The translations under genes were made by a program, and so were the position numbers. From contig NW_024704742.1 in the NCBI RefSeq assembly GCF_018977255.1, positions 43,278,001 to 43,338,000 of the forward strand: DNA of 60,000 nt, written 5' to 3'. Under the pieces are notes generated by a model. That model ran no database searches, had not been told where the DNA came from, and saw nothing but the letters and a program-made list of their open reading frames with translations. This document shows positions 48,704 through 60,000 of this stretch, in pieces. Origin of the DNA: Callorhinchus milii (lineage: Eukaryota). The stretch's first letter is position 1, and the number at the start of each line of letters is the position of its first letter.

Positions 48704-49609
48704 TATTGAACCACAGTTGTATTTACTGCAGCTTCGTGTATGAGAAAGGAAACAGCTTTAAGACCTCAAACCGGGCATAGTGACATTTAGTATATGCCAT
48801 TAATAGTGTTGTCTTCACCTTATCAGCCAATGCCAGTAAAGGAGATGCACACTGTCAAGTCTGATGCAGTGTGTGGTCACTCTTCCCAGCACTCCAATAC
48901 ATTAATGGGAGAAATGGTGTTAAAGCACAATGGCAATTTATTTAAATTAAGATTTAAATATTTATTCAGTGGTGTATGATTCAGAGGCTTACCAGAAAAT
49001 ATTTTTTTTAGTTCAGAGCTCTGGCTCTAATTGAAGAAATAAATGCTTGTCTTCTTATTACTTTGACTGCATTGTCCTGTCTCATCTGAGTATGCAAAAT
49101 TGGTTTCAATTGAACAAAAGAGACAGGTTTATCTTCAGTAATCCTTGTTATGTTATAATCTGATGATTTGATACTTGTGTTATGATGCATATTTCCTGAT
49201 TATTATGAGATTGGCAGGGTGGGGGCTGTTATTCTCTTTCTCACCCGCTCTCCCACTATACACAGTTCCCCTGTAGTGCCATATGGTTTTAGAGACACCA
49301 CTTGAAGCCTGTTCAATTTTTTCTGTTGGGGAAATCGGAGAATGCAGATGTCCCACTGGTGTGTACAGAGCAGAAATTATTTGTAAAATGAAGATTACTA
49401 GTAAATACATCTAACCTTCCCCTAGGCTCTAAATTTTTCATGATCTTAGACTTAGCATCAGTGATGCTCTGATCATTCCCTTGTGGCCATTCCAAATGTG
49501 GGAGGCTTGACATATCCCTAAAAATATCAATTGCCATATTTTATTATAAAAATATCATGGTTAATATTTTTTCGGGATCAGAGTTTGAGAAGGTTTCAGC
49601 AGTATCGAT

Positions 49610-49830
49610 AGTATTGACAGGCTGTTCAACTGAGGGCAGCTCAGATAAGCTTGACCCTGTCCTCACCTGTCAATGTCTACAGCTCACAAATTTCCAAATA
49701 GAGACAATAATTCTCCAACTGTACACCACTAATTCTGCTGTGGCTGGAATTAGCTAATTCAATACAGACCAGGAGTAAAATGTGAAACCTTATTGACTGG
49801 TTTTTACCAACAGAGCCATCAGAGAACAGA
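49610..49830 (-). mobile_element. MamSINE1-like SINE fragment
   Basis: GACAGGCTGTTCAAC...CCTGTCCTCACCT...AATTAGCTAATTCAATACAGACCAGG, the reverse of the family head and body. Confidence 0.55.
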
Positions 49831-49988
49831 TATTCTCAGATTTTAGAGTATTTAGAAGCAATCTATCAGTAAGTACAAGTTATGCGGCAGCTCTTTAAGT
49901 ACAGGCATAGGGAAGCAAGAAGACTTTGGCCAGTTTGGTTGACTGTGCCCACGCATCTTGCCCGATCCTGCCTTCAGTTTTGGATAAA

Positions 49989-50290
49989 ATAATAATCCTT
50001 GGGTTTGATATAGGCCTGATCACATCATTCAGACATCTCAAAGCGCTTCACAAGATTTACTGTAAAATGCATCAACTGCATATTTTGTGGGCGAAACGCA
50101 GCACCAATTGAGTACAGCAATATCTCAAGAACAGCCGTGGAGTGAGTGACCAATTTTATTTGGGGGATTGTTAGCCAGGACACTGGGAGAAACTCCCTCC
50201 TCTTTTTGAACAGTGCCCTGGGGTCTTTAACATCCATCTGCCAGGCAGACGGGACCTCAGTGTAACATCTCACCCGAAGAGCGAAAAGAT
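49989..50290 (-). mobile_element. Deu-domain SINE, 3' two-thirds
   Basis: GAACAGTGCCCTGGGGTCTTTAACATCCATCTGCCAGGCAGACGGGACCTCAGTGTAACATCTCACCCGAAGAG (Deu-like), plus tail ATAATCCTTG. Confidence 0.85.
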
Positions 50291-50744
50291 GGTAAGTGTT
50301 TACAGCCATTGGAAAAGGAGAGTGGATTCTGCAGTCAATTCCAATGTGTCTTTCTTTGTAAAGTGGATGCCTACAAGTCATATTGCACAATATCATATTA
50401 TTTATTGTGGCAAATAGGAACTAAACAATGTGTTAATTTGGCTTTGCTGCTATAAATAGAATAGCAGAGATTAGCTTGCCAAGTAAATCTGAAAGATGCA
50501 TCACACCAGGCCATTAATCACATCATTTCACAGCTTCACGGTTCCACATTGTTGCAGTGATGCTTAGACCTAATTATTTGATATATTCTACGTTTAAAAA
50601 AAAATCAAGAAAGTAAAAACACATTTTGTACATTTACTCTATAATGGCATCCACTAGGATGATTTCAGTTTGTTTTGTGAGATTTTACTGAGCTATGCAA
50701 TAGTTACCCAAATTCACATAAAAGACTAGGGATACTTAATTTTA

Positions 50745-51232
50745 ACAATAACAACAACCTGCATTTATATAGTGCCCTTCAAGCAATGGCAACGTCTTGG
50801 AGCTTAACAGAGGCAGAGTCTGACGCCGAATGGGTGGGCGGGGGGGTAGTGAAGGAGAAGGTACCGTTAGCACGGTCAAAGCAGGAGGTCTTCAGTCTTG
50901 ATCTAAAAGAGGGGAAGGAGGGAGGCAAGATGCAGTGGGTAGTGGAGTGGGGAGAAAGCAGGTCAAAAAGGTAGGGAGGTGCCGGGGCATGAAGGGATTT
51001 GTAGACAAGCGAGAGGATCATGAAATCAATCCGTTCTGTGATAGGGAGCCAGTGCAGACTGGTGTGATGGGGGTACAGAGTTTAGTGTGAGTGAGAATAC
51101 ATGCGGTAGAGTTCTGAATCAGTCGTAGTTTGTGGGTGGTGGAGCTGGGAAGACCAGCGAGGAGCACATTGGAGTCGAGGCGTGAGGTGACGAAGGCATG
51201 GATGAAGGTTTTGGCTGCCTTGAGGGTGAGGT
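50745..51232 (-). mobile_element. L2 3' fragment
   Basis: AAKTFIHAFVTSRLDSNVLLAGLP...KLRLIQNSTACILTHTK, ILSLVYKSLHAPAPPYLFDLL, (AAC)n tail. Confidence 0.93.
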
Positions 51233-52387
51233 ACTTTTTGCATTTCAAATGCTAGGAGCTTTGTTGGCTCTTTGTTTTTTTTAATGATTATGAGATCCGC
51301 TCCATCACAGCAAATGTTTGCTCTCATAGCAGGAAAACAATGTTCATATGTGACCAAATGCCTCTAGCTACAGCAGTTGTAGTGAGCTGCCAAATATGAA
51401 ATGTAAGTAACCTACTGCCAATCAATAAAATCAATTCATTTAGACCGTCTTCCTATTCAAGGTTTGCTCTTACAGTTGGTGATGTTACAGAAACCTTGAG
51501 TCAATCTCCCATTTTTTTTCTCCATCTCAAACTTCTATTACAACAATTTATGTATCATACACTCGTAGTCATTTCTACACACCTCAGGGCGACAATTTAC
51601 CACTATTCATCGTCAACTTTATTCAACATTTACATTATAAATCATTTTTGATAATACCTTTTTGTTCTATTTTTGTCTGTGCTTGAATTTTCTTTGCAAA
51701 TTATTCTGTCATTATCACACAGACTACAAGTCTTTTGGATTGTGCAATGTTTCATCTTTCCTATTAATCATAGTCTGCACATTCATCAGTAAAACTAATG
51801 CCCCAACCCTTTGATGACTCCCGCAGAAGTGTTTAAAAAGGTTATTTTAACATGATGAATTGCAAACTATGAATTCATTCTCTGTGTGTTTCTCTCATTG
51901 TAATTCATTAAACAAACTTACGAAGTATGAAAGGTAATATTGACGAATTTTATATTCCAGATCTTTTAGACACACAAGGGTGTTGGTGCACTGCGATACA
52001 GTACAAGCTCAAAATAGGATAATGGTAAAACAGAGACCCTCAGAGAAAAAACAAAAATAATGAGAAGTTGAACAATTTTTAGCTTGCCTACATAATACAG
52101 TCACTACACTTTACAGTAAAATGCTGTAAACCGCCTCCCATTGTGAAGGCACTCTATCAAATATTATTTTTCTTCTTGATATTTAATGTTTTGGGCAAAC
52201 TTAAAGTTCTAGCCAGGCATACAATAATACAATTCTACCATAATAAGCACTGTCAAATTAATGAGTGTAGCATTACTATTACTGATCTATGATACTTGTT
52301 GATTTTCGGTAAAACGAACCTTTACTCCCTATTCTTGGGCCATATGTTCAATGTAAAATCCATACATTGGGCAGAGTGCATGTGTTT

Positions 52388-52943
52388 GTCACCTCCCGCT
52401 GGATTACTCAAACACACTCCTCGCCAGTCTCCCCAGTTCAACTATTCAAAAGATCCAGCTCATTCAGAACTCTGCCACTCGTATACTGACCTGGACCAAA
52501 CTTCGTACCCACATCACACCAGTTCTGGCCAGGTCCACTGGCTCCCCATCACCAAACGGATCGACTTCAAGATCCTCACACTCGTGTTCAAATCCCTTCA
52601 TTCTCTGACATCTCCCTACCTCTCCGACCTCCTCACTCCCCAATCCACCATCCGGCACCTCCACTCTGTTCTCCTGCTCGTCCCTCGAAACCCTTCGTCC
52701 CACCATCAGAGGTTGCACTTTCAGCCACTACTCCCCGAAACTCTGGAACACTCTCCCTCAATCCCTCCACCTTGCCCCCTCTCTCCCCTATTTCAAGTCC
52801 CGCCTGAAAACTTTCCTTTTCGGCCGTGCTTACGGCCATCTCCGCATCCTCCCCTGGCTCAAAGTCAGGTTCCACCACTGGTAAGCGCTCTATGATGCTA
52901 CCCTGTGTGGAGGGCGCTATATAAATGCAAGTTGTTGTTGCTG
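52388..52943 (+). mobile_element. L2 3' fragment
   Basis: VHWLPITKRIDFKILTLVFKSLHSLTSPYLSDLL. Tail GGAGGGCGCTATATAAATGCAAG(TTG)n. Confidence 0.93.
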
Positions 52944-54119
52944 TTCATCAGAAGCACACATTTCAGCACTGTTGTATTAGAGGTGTGATGAAGAACATAG
53001 GCTTCTGTGTAGAATCAAAGTAAAATAGAAGCTCCATAGTTGAAACAGAAAAGAAATAAACATCAGAGTGAATGTTTGCTTTGCAACAGCGCTGCAGGTA
53101 AAGTGCAACATTTCAAAAGGTTTTTTCATTTGCATATTCCTGTTTTAATACAAAATTGCTTGTTAGGGAAGTAAAAAGATGAAACAGTCAGGATCATTCA
53201 TAGGTATATTTTACTGTAGTTTGATTAATGAATTGCAAGAAAGGAGAATAACAGGACCCAATGCACTGATGTTGCTTAATGTTATGCCATTTAAAAAATC
53301 AAATTATGAGCTTCTATAATTCATGGTAAGAACAATACTGCTAACTTCTTGACATTTTAGCTGCATTCAAGATTTTCGAGACAAGTCGCCGGGAGGCACG
53401 TTGAAACATAGAGAACTGGTTTCTAGTCCATTAGACGAAATGCAAAGGCTAGACAAGATTAATCTTTACTTTCCCTTCAGGAGATTTTGGTATAAGTACC
53501 AGCTCAAAGAAGAAAACAAACTTTAAGTAGCTGTATGGAACGTGATGGAAAGCACATTACATTTGTCTGGTTAAAACTGTGCTTTGAGGTGGTGTAATAA
53601 ACTATCACCGCTTTATAATGTATACTTTTGTTTTTTTTCAATAAAAACTAAATTCCACAAATATTGAATAATTTTTATTGTGTGTATAGAAATTCAAATG
53701 TCAGCAGTGCCTTAGATTAAATTTGGCAAGTTACTAGGTTGTGTCTAAGACTGCGAAATGCTGCAAGGCATTAAGGTACTACTGCAGGGCTAATGCTACA
53801 TGGCAGTTCTACAGAATATCATCTGCCTTTCTGGTTGCTTTTAATAAAATCCTAATTATTTTCTTGTAATCAGTTTACTTGGAATATAATTTATGGATTA
53901 GTCAACCACCTGTAACCCGTCATACTGGAGCAGTTTGAAGAATATCATAACACTCTTCTGTGAATATTGCTTTGTTAATACTAAATGTTTAGTTTTGAAT
54001 ACAAATCGAGAATCTGAATAACATCTCCAGTATAAGATCTGAAGCAGAATGTGGTTTTTTGAAATAATGGGAGGGGGCAGGTGTCTCCCTGGAAGGTGAA
54101 AGGAAGTTAAATGCTCACT

Positions 54120-54480
54120 CCCAAGACTGAGAGCTCCACATATGTATGCCACTTACACACGGAAATTTCCCTGTGTCTGGAATAGAATGCACACTCTCCT
54201 TGGAGGGAGGCATGTTGCTTCCCTAATTCCAGAGAGTATTAGGTGCAAGTTGGCAAGAGCCTGGACTTGAGGACCCCAGAGTGTGCATCAAAATACTTCT
54301 GCAGCTTAACCAGCTAAAACTGCATAGCTTGCCGTTAAAAGCACAGTCTGACAGCTTCCCGCTGCTTGTCCAGATAGGGCTATCCAACCTGTTAATGCTT
54401 TAGTATTCAGGGTTAGTAGGAGCTGAGTGGGAAGATTCCCTGCCCTCAGTACTCCTCCAAGTCCTACTGTTGAGCCAGGA
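54120..54480 (-). repeat. Unclassified interspersed repeat, copy 4
   Basis: GGAATAGAATGCACACTCTCC...TTGGCAAGAGCC...CTTGAGGACCCCAGAGTGTGC...GGAGCTGAGTGGGAAGATTCCCTGCCCTCAGT, the reverse of copy 1. Confidence 0.88.
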
Positions 54481-55639
54481 TGACAAAACCATATCTGGGC
54501 TTGGATAAGATAAATGTATAAAGCAAGTGGACTTTAGCTGAATTGATATGGGTAATTCTAGCTAACACAGTGTCAATACAATCTGCACCCAATGCAGCAA
54601 ACCTGTGCAGACCTTGCACTTGCAAAGGGGAAAAAGCCTGCTCTTTAAAAGTTTGAAGTCTTTTTTCATGGAGCTTATCAATTCAGTCTATGAAATAGAA
54701 AGTACATCAACTATGAATGCTGATAGAAAATATGTCAGCTCCACAAAGTACCACATTTTGCAAAAATCTAGTCAAAAGCTAGACCTTTTCTATTGCTATT
54801 TGAATTTGAATTAATGTTGTTATCACTCTTCATGCATGTATTTGATGAAAATGATCAAAACGCTGCACTGTTCTGTGCAATAAGACAGTTGTGACACTAT
54901 ATAATTACATAAAGGATACATGCAATGATGTATAATTTTGCCGCATTACTTACTCTGTGCACATTAGTGCTTTATCTAAATTACAGTCATTGAATATTTT
55001 ATGTATGCAAATTTGTTTTAAAAATGGAATGGTCTAGTATTTTAATGTGTCATGTTTTGCAGGAAGTAGATTAGAATGATTGACTGTCCATAGTTGTTAG
55101 TGCACTATGTGTCAATGTAGAACATGTTTATGCAGTTGACACATCCAGAACATATATAACAGATTCTCATTTGGTGCAAGATACTGCTCGAGGGGAATAA
55201 AGTAATTGTGTGAATAATCTTTGTTTTGTGGTATTCCAGAAGCACACACTTTGAAATGCTGACAAAAACATTATTCTGAAATAGAGAAACCTTCACATAT
55301 TACTGTTTAAGAAGATAATATGGGAATATAGAAACATGCCTAAAATGTTATTTTTAATTGGTATCCCAGTCAATGGAAAGAGTATATGATTGAATGCATT
55401 TATAGGGACAGAGCTTCAGCAAACTATATTGAAATATGTTTTAAACAAAATGCAGGTTAGAATCATTTTTAACCATTTTGTTGCATTATGTCACTATGGA
55501 TCTCACAGCTTGAGATCAGTGGGCATAACTTTTCTTCATAAACCATGTCTGGGAATATCTACCTTTATTGATACACTATTTTCTAAAACTTGAAAGGTAT
55601 TTTTAGATATTTATGCCCAAACTCCTTCCAGGGACATAA

Positions 55640-55780
55640 TATTAATCCTTGTATTTGATATAGCACCTTATCATATCTCAAAGTGTTTCACAGGATATAC
55701 TGTAAAGTCGAATGACTTTGTGGGCAAATACGCCAGCCAATTTGCCCACAGTAATGTCCCACAAATAACCGTGGAGTGAG
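55640..55780 (-). mobile_element. SINE 3' fragment
   Basis: ATCCTTGTATTTGATATAGCACC...GTGGGCAAATACGCCAGCCAAT...ATGTCCCACAAA. Confidence 0.8.
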
Positions 55781-56424
55781 ATGACATGTTCAGGCTTCAC
55801 TGTGAATCTTTCCATGACTATCTAGCCAAGACTGGGAACTCTGTCACTGTCAGTAATCCCAGGCACAAGACCTACAGTACTAGGTTTAATTTGTGATATC
55901 AGCAATGGATTCCAAGTGCTAATTACAACTTCTGTCCCGAATATCAGAGGGTAACTAACTTGAAATATTCACAAAACAGATAATTCTGATTTCTGAAAGC
56001 CGGCAAAGTGAGAACAAAGGCTAGAGAGCAAAATCCTGTCAATCCTTTACTATTTGTGCTTTGAATTCAGTTTGAGAATATATTATAAATCAGACTCTCA
56101 TCCCCAACAGTACTGAAGTGCAGTGACCAGAGAGATGCAGCTCAAAAGATGTAATGGAGTTGTCATGGATAAAGTGGGATAACTGAGTAATACCATTTGT
56201 TTGCAGCCTCAGACATCAGTTTGGTTCGGCAGGAACTGCAGGTTTAGATTGGTAGTACAAGTTATAATAACACTTTCCACAGTTATTTGCATTAATATAT
56301 CCCATAATTTAACAATGACAGCATTTTCATTACATGCTGTGTGGCAAATAGTAGACATCTAAAAGGGAAGAGATATGAGGAGGATTCTTCAATTGATAGC
56401 ATGCCGCTTGCCACTTGACTTTTG

Positions 56425-56592
56425 TATCACACCATCATTCTGTATAACTGAGTACAACAGTTATACTGGCCTCTTTAGTGCCTGTTATAATAAGGGACTC
56501 TACCATGGCCTCTCAGTGGTTCATGATAATTCAGCGAGGCTATGATAAACCTAAAAGCTATAACTGATGACTCAGTGGAATGTGATGTGATA
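56425..56592. repeat. Imperfect ~170-bp foldback (hairpin-type ancient repeat)
   Basis: TATCACA..CATTC..ACTGAGTACAACAGTTATA pairs with TATAACTGATGACTCAGTGGAATGTGATGTGATA. Inner pair CATGGCCTC / GAGGCTATG. Confidence 0.65.
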
Positions 56593-56629
56593 TTAAAGCA
56601 TACAAACCAGAAAAGCCCTCGGTTTGATA

Positions 56630-56737
56630 TAATAATAATTTTTGCATTTGTTATAACGCCTTGTCACATCTTCGAGATGTCTCAAATCGCTTCCCAGAAT
56701 ATACTGTAAAGTGAATTGACTGTATATTTTGTGGGCG
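56630..56737 (-). mobile_element. Young SINE 3' fragment
   Basis: TTGCATTTGTTATAACGCC...CAGAATATACTGTAAAGTGAATTGACTGTATATTTTGTGGGCG. Confidence 0.85.
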
Positions 56738-58344
56738 ATATTTGTTCTTGGTTGAGTTTTCTTGGCCATGAGAGGACCAAAGCAAAGAGGCAGCTGTGAT
56801 GGCAAACCGGAAAGCAGGAATATTGCATTTTCAAGCATATTATGATAATTCTTCAACAAAGGAGGAAAACTACTCTTGTTCAAGTTTTCATGAATCAGAG
56901 TACAATTTACTCTTAAGCACTTAAGTCCTCTAAGAACAGACAGGAGTAAAATTAAAATGGATGTTATCTGGCTCCAACTGGTAAAGCAAGACAGATCCTT
57001 ACTTTTATCATAAGTTTATAACCAGACTGGCAGCCAAATTCATCAATCACTCACAGCAGGCGAGGCAGAGTAAGCAATGGCTTGAATCGTGTTAATGACA
57101 TTCTGCTGTACAAGGAGGTTTTATTCTCCTGACTGCCTGCATTTACTCAATGGCTGTTACGATTGCCATGAAATGCCACAGCTAAAGGCTTCAACACTAA
57201 TGCAAAAAATCAGACTGAATAGAAGAAACGCTTGTCTGGTGTCTTGGAAGAATGGAAATGTTAAGGAATGTGTTTTATTAGTTCTGACCATTGTATGTGG
57301 AAATAAATTATTTTGTTCACTCAAAGACCAGTATTGTGATTATCAAATCCTGCAATCTACCCTGAGAGGCATCCTTGTCTGAATCTAGCAAAGAGAACAA
57401 GTTTACTGTAATTGAACTGGATTACACAACCTGCCATCCTTTTGCCCACAAGAAACAGTCACTAATCTATGTAACTCTGTGTAAGATAGCTTACTGTTCA
57501 AACTGACCTGTGTCTGAACAAAATACACTTCTAAATAAACACAGGTTTCTGAGGCTTGTTGAGACCCATTCTCTCCAATATGTCGTACGTATCCTTTCTT
57601 TCACCTGAATTGAGGCCATCACTTAGACCAGGAGCTAACCCAGACCTGCATGACTCTGGAATAATATACTTAGTATTCTCAATAAACAAGCTATCTGGGG
57701 TCTATTGGATTCTATGTGTCGCTCGCTCTTAAATGAATGTTGCTACTCAGTGATCATATGATTCTAACATGTAGCGGACAGTCAAGGAGCGGCCTAGAAA
57801 AGGAGATTAATTTGACTTTAGCGGTTCACATTTCCTGCTAAAATAAAGTTAAGTATGTATCAGAAAGTCTGATGTCTTTTCAATTGGAGTTGGAATTATC
57901 GAGAATCATGTTTGTTCCATTTGTGTAGGAGCTACTTACCATAGGTCACTTGCAACTTTGTCATTTATAAGTTATGCAATCTTGTTTGCTTGCAGAATAA
58001 GCAATAGCACTTGACAGGTTTGTATAAAATGTTCCTTATTTGTGATCAATTCATCTGGGAATTATATTTAATGAATCATTGATGTCAGAAGTGGTGCCTG
58101 AGGATTAGGGACAGCATAATACTAATTAAAAAGGGCAAAAAGACAGGAACCCTAGGTTGGTGAATCTGTTATTTGTTGTAGAGAAGGAATCAGACTGCAT
58201 CTTGACGGAGAGAATAATAAAACACCTGGGGAAATATAGAATTATAAAAGGGACTCAAGATAGCTTTATTGTACGATGATGTTACATCAGGAACATACGG
58301 GTGGTCTTGAAGAATTCCCAGCTTTGCTTTTTTCTCCTTCTATG

Positions 58345-59690
58345 AACCCCTCCATTTGGTTTCCATGCTGCCCTCAATACAGAGATAGCCTTGGTCAAAG
58401 TTACAAATAACATTCTGTTCATCCATCTGTGACTAGGGCTTTTCTATGTCTCCTTCTACTTCTCAATCTCTCTGTGCCTTCAATACTGTCGAACACTGTA
58501 TTCTTCTCCGCTGCCCCTCCTCTCATTTCCACCTTTATGGTGCTGACTTTGCCTGGTTTCACTCTTACCTTTCCCATCATCTGCACTTTGTATCCACCAA
58601 CTACTTTTCCTCCTGCCCTTGTATTGTCATGTCCTTGGTCCTCTCCTCTTTAATCTCTACATGCTCCCACTCGGTGATGTCATCCACAGGCATGGGGTTA
58701 ATTTCCACATGGTTGCGGATGACACCCAACTCTATCTCTCTGCCTCCATCCATGACTTCAGGACCACTGCTGTTCTGACGGATTGTCTGTCAGACATCAA
58801 ATCCTGGATGAGAGCTAACTTTCTCCAGTTGAATATCGACAAGACAGAGGCCCACCTGCTTGGCTCCCTTTAGCACCTCTTTACCTCAGGTGCTGACAGC
58901 ATCACTATTCATAGATGAACTCTCCACCTCACTGAGCCAGTATGAAACCTTGGTGTCTTGTTCAATCCTCAATTATCCTTTAAACCCCACAACGATGCCA
59001 TGACTCGTTCTGCCTTCCCCATCTGTGCAACATTGCCCACCATTGCCACTGCCTCTACCTTCAGGCCACCAAGATCCTAATTCATGCATTCATCACAGCT
59101 GGGCTCAACTACACTAACTCCTTGTTCGCCGGACTTCCCAACTCTTCCCTCCACAAGCTGCAGATTATTCAGAACTCTGCAACTCATGTCCTCTCCCACA
59201 CCAGGCTGCATAAAGTGATTGCCCCCACCCTTGCCTGGCTCCACTAGCTCAGGGGATCAAGTTTAAAATCCTTGTCCTCACTTTTAAAGCTCTCTATGGT
59301 CATGCTCCTCCCTATCTTTGCAATCTATTAAAACCATTCCAACCTGTCCACTCCCTCCGCTCAGTGGGCACTGGCCTGCTTCATGTCTCCCACCCTGCCC
59401 ATTGGCAGTCGAGGATCTAGAAAATCCTTCAGCTTTTCTGCCCCCACCCTTTGGAACTCCATCCCTGAATCCCTCCGCCTCGCCCCCTCTTTTGCCTCCT
59501 TCAAGGCCCATCTCAAGACCTTCCTATTTGACCGTGCCTTCGGCCACCCTCTCAACCCAACCCACACCCCCTTACCCTCCACTCCTCTTGATTCCAACCA
59601 CCAGCTCAGGTGCAAACCTTTAACTGTTCAGCAACTTGAAACGTCCTTCTGACTTGAAAGGCACTATATAAATGTAATTTGTTATTGTTA
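58345..59690 (+). mobile_element. Longest L2 copy (~1.35 kb), RT domain to 3' tail, pseudogenised
   Basis: EIALVKVTNNIL...LLLLNLS..AFNTVEH, VLGPLLFNLYMLPLGDVIHRHGVNFHMVADDTQLYLS...LQLNIDKTE, FSFSAPTLWNSIP...FKAHLKTFLF. Tail GAAAGGCACTATATAAATG. Confidence 0.96.
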
Positions 59691-60000
59691 TACCCATTTT
59701 GCTGCTACAATATTGCATATGCCGAAATATGTCTAAATTATTTGGAGGTAACACAATATATATTGCATTTTTTAATTTCTACTGAATTACTTCTGCACTT
59801 ACACAAATGTAAAGGGCTCACCATCTTAATGTAAAGGGCAAAGCTGATTGTTAGCACAGCACAGGATCAGTGGTCTCAGTATTCAAGTTGAATATGAGAT
59901 TACATGTATTAATAAACGTGGTAAATTACTGAACCCTCTAATGATGCAGCCTGACTTTTTATATACTAAGACCTAGAATCCGAGACTAGAAATAAAAGAT

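Noticed and set aside
52296..52895. 199-aa ORF
   Set aside because: Read-through across a frameshifted L2 fragment, not a host gene.
1..60000. CRISPR arrays, prokaryotic operons, known miRNA hairpins, snoRNAs
   Set aside because: No regularly spaced repeat-spacer units and no gene-dense coding. By eye I matched no conserved mature miRNA or complete C/D box pair. An Infernal/Rfam scan would be needed to exclude these fully.

Overview
AT-rich eukaryotic (vertebrate) non-coding DNA, either a large intron or intergenic sequence. The repeat landscape points to a cartilaginous fish, probably a holocephalan (chimaera/elephant shark). That assignment is inferred from remembered repeat families, not from a search. 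I find no recognisable intact protein-coding gene, rRNA, true tRNA, known miRNA or CRISPR array. The protein-like ORFs in the track are decayed L2/CR1 LINE reverse-transcriptase C-termini, antisense read-throughs of these, or microsatellite translations. The window contains about 12 5'-truncated L2 copies with two distinct 3' tails, young and old CR1 copies, and a young tRNA-Ala-headed SINE plus an older Deu-domain SINE that share an L2-type tail. It also has a MamSINE1-like family, a four-copy unclassified ~500-bp repeat whose middle resembles LF-SINE, an internally deleted Tc1/mariner element with TA target duplications, and several foldback/MITE-like inverted repeats. Several repeat-free stretches look like conserved enhancers, and there are a few unverified exon candidates. 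I cannot support a novel biological system from sequence alone. The best leads are the LF-SINE-like repeat, the modular SINE/L2 relationships and the exon candidates. Repeat boundaries were read by eye and are approximate unless a TSD or TIR is quoted.
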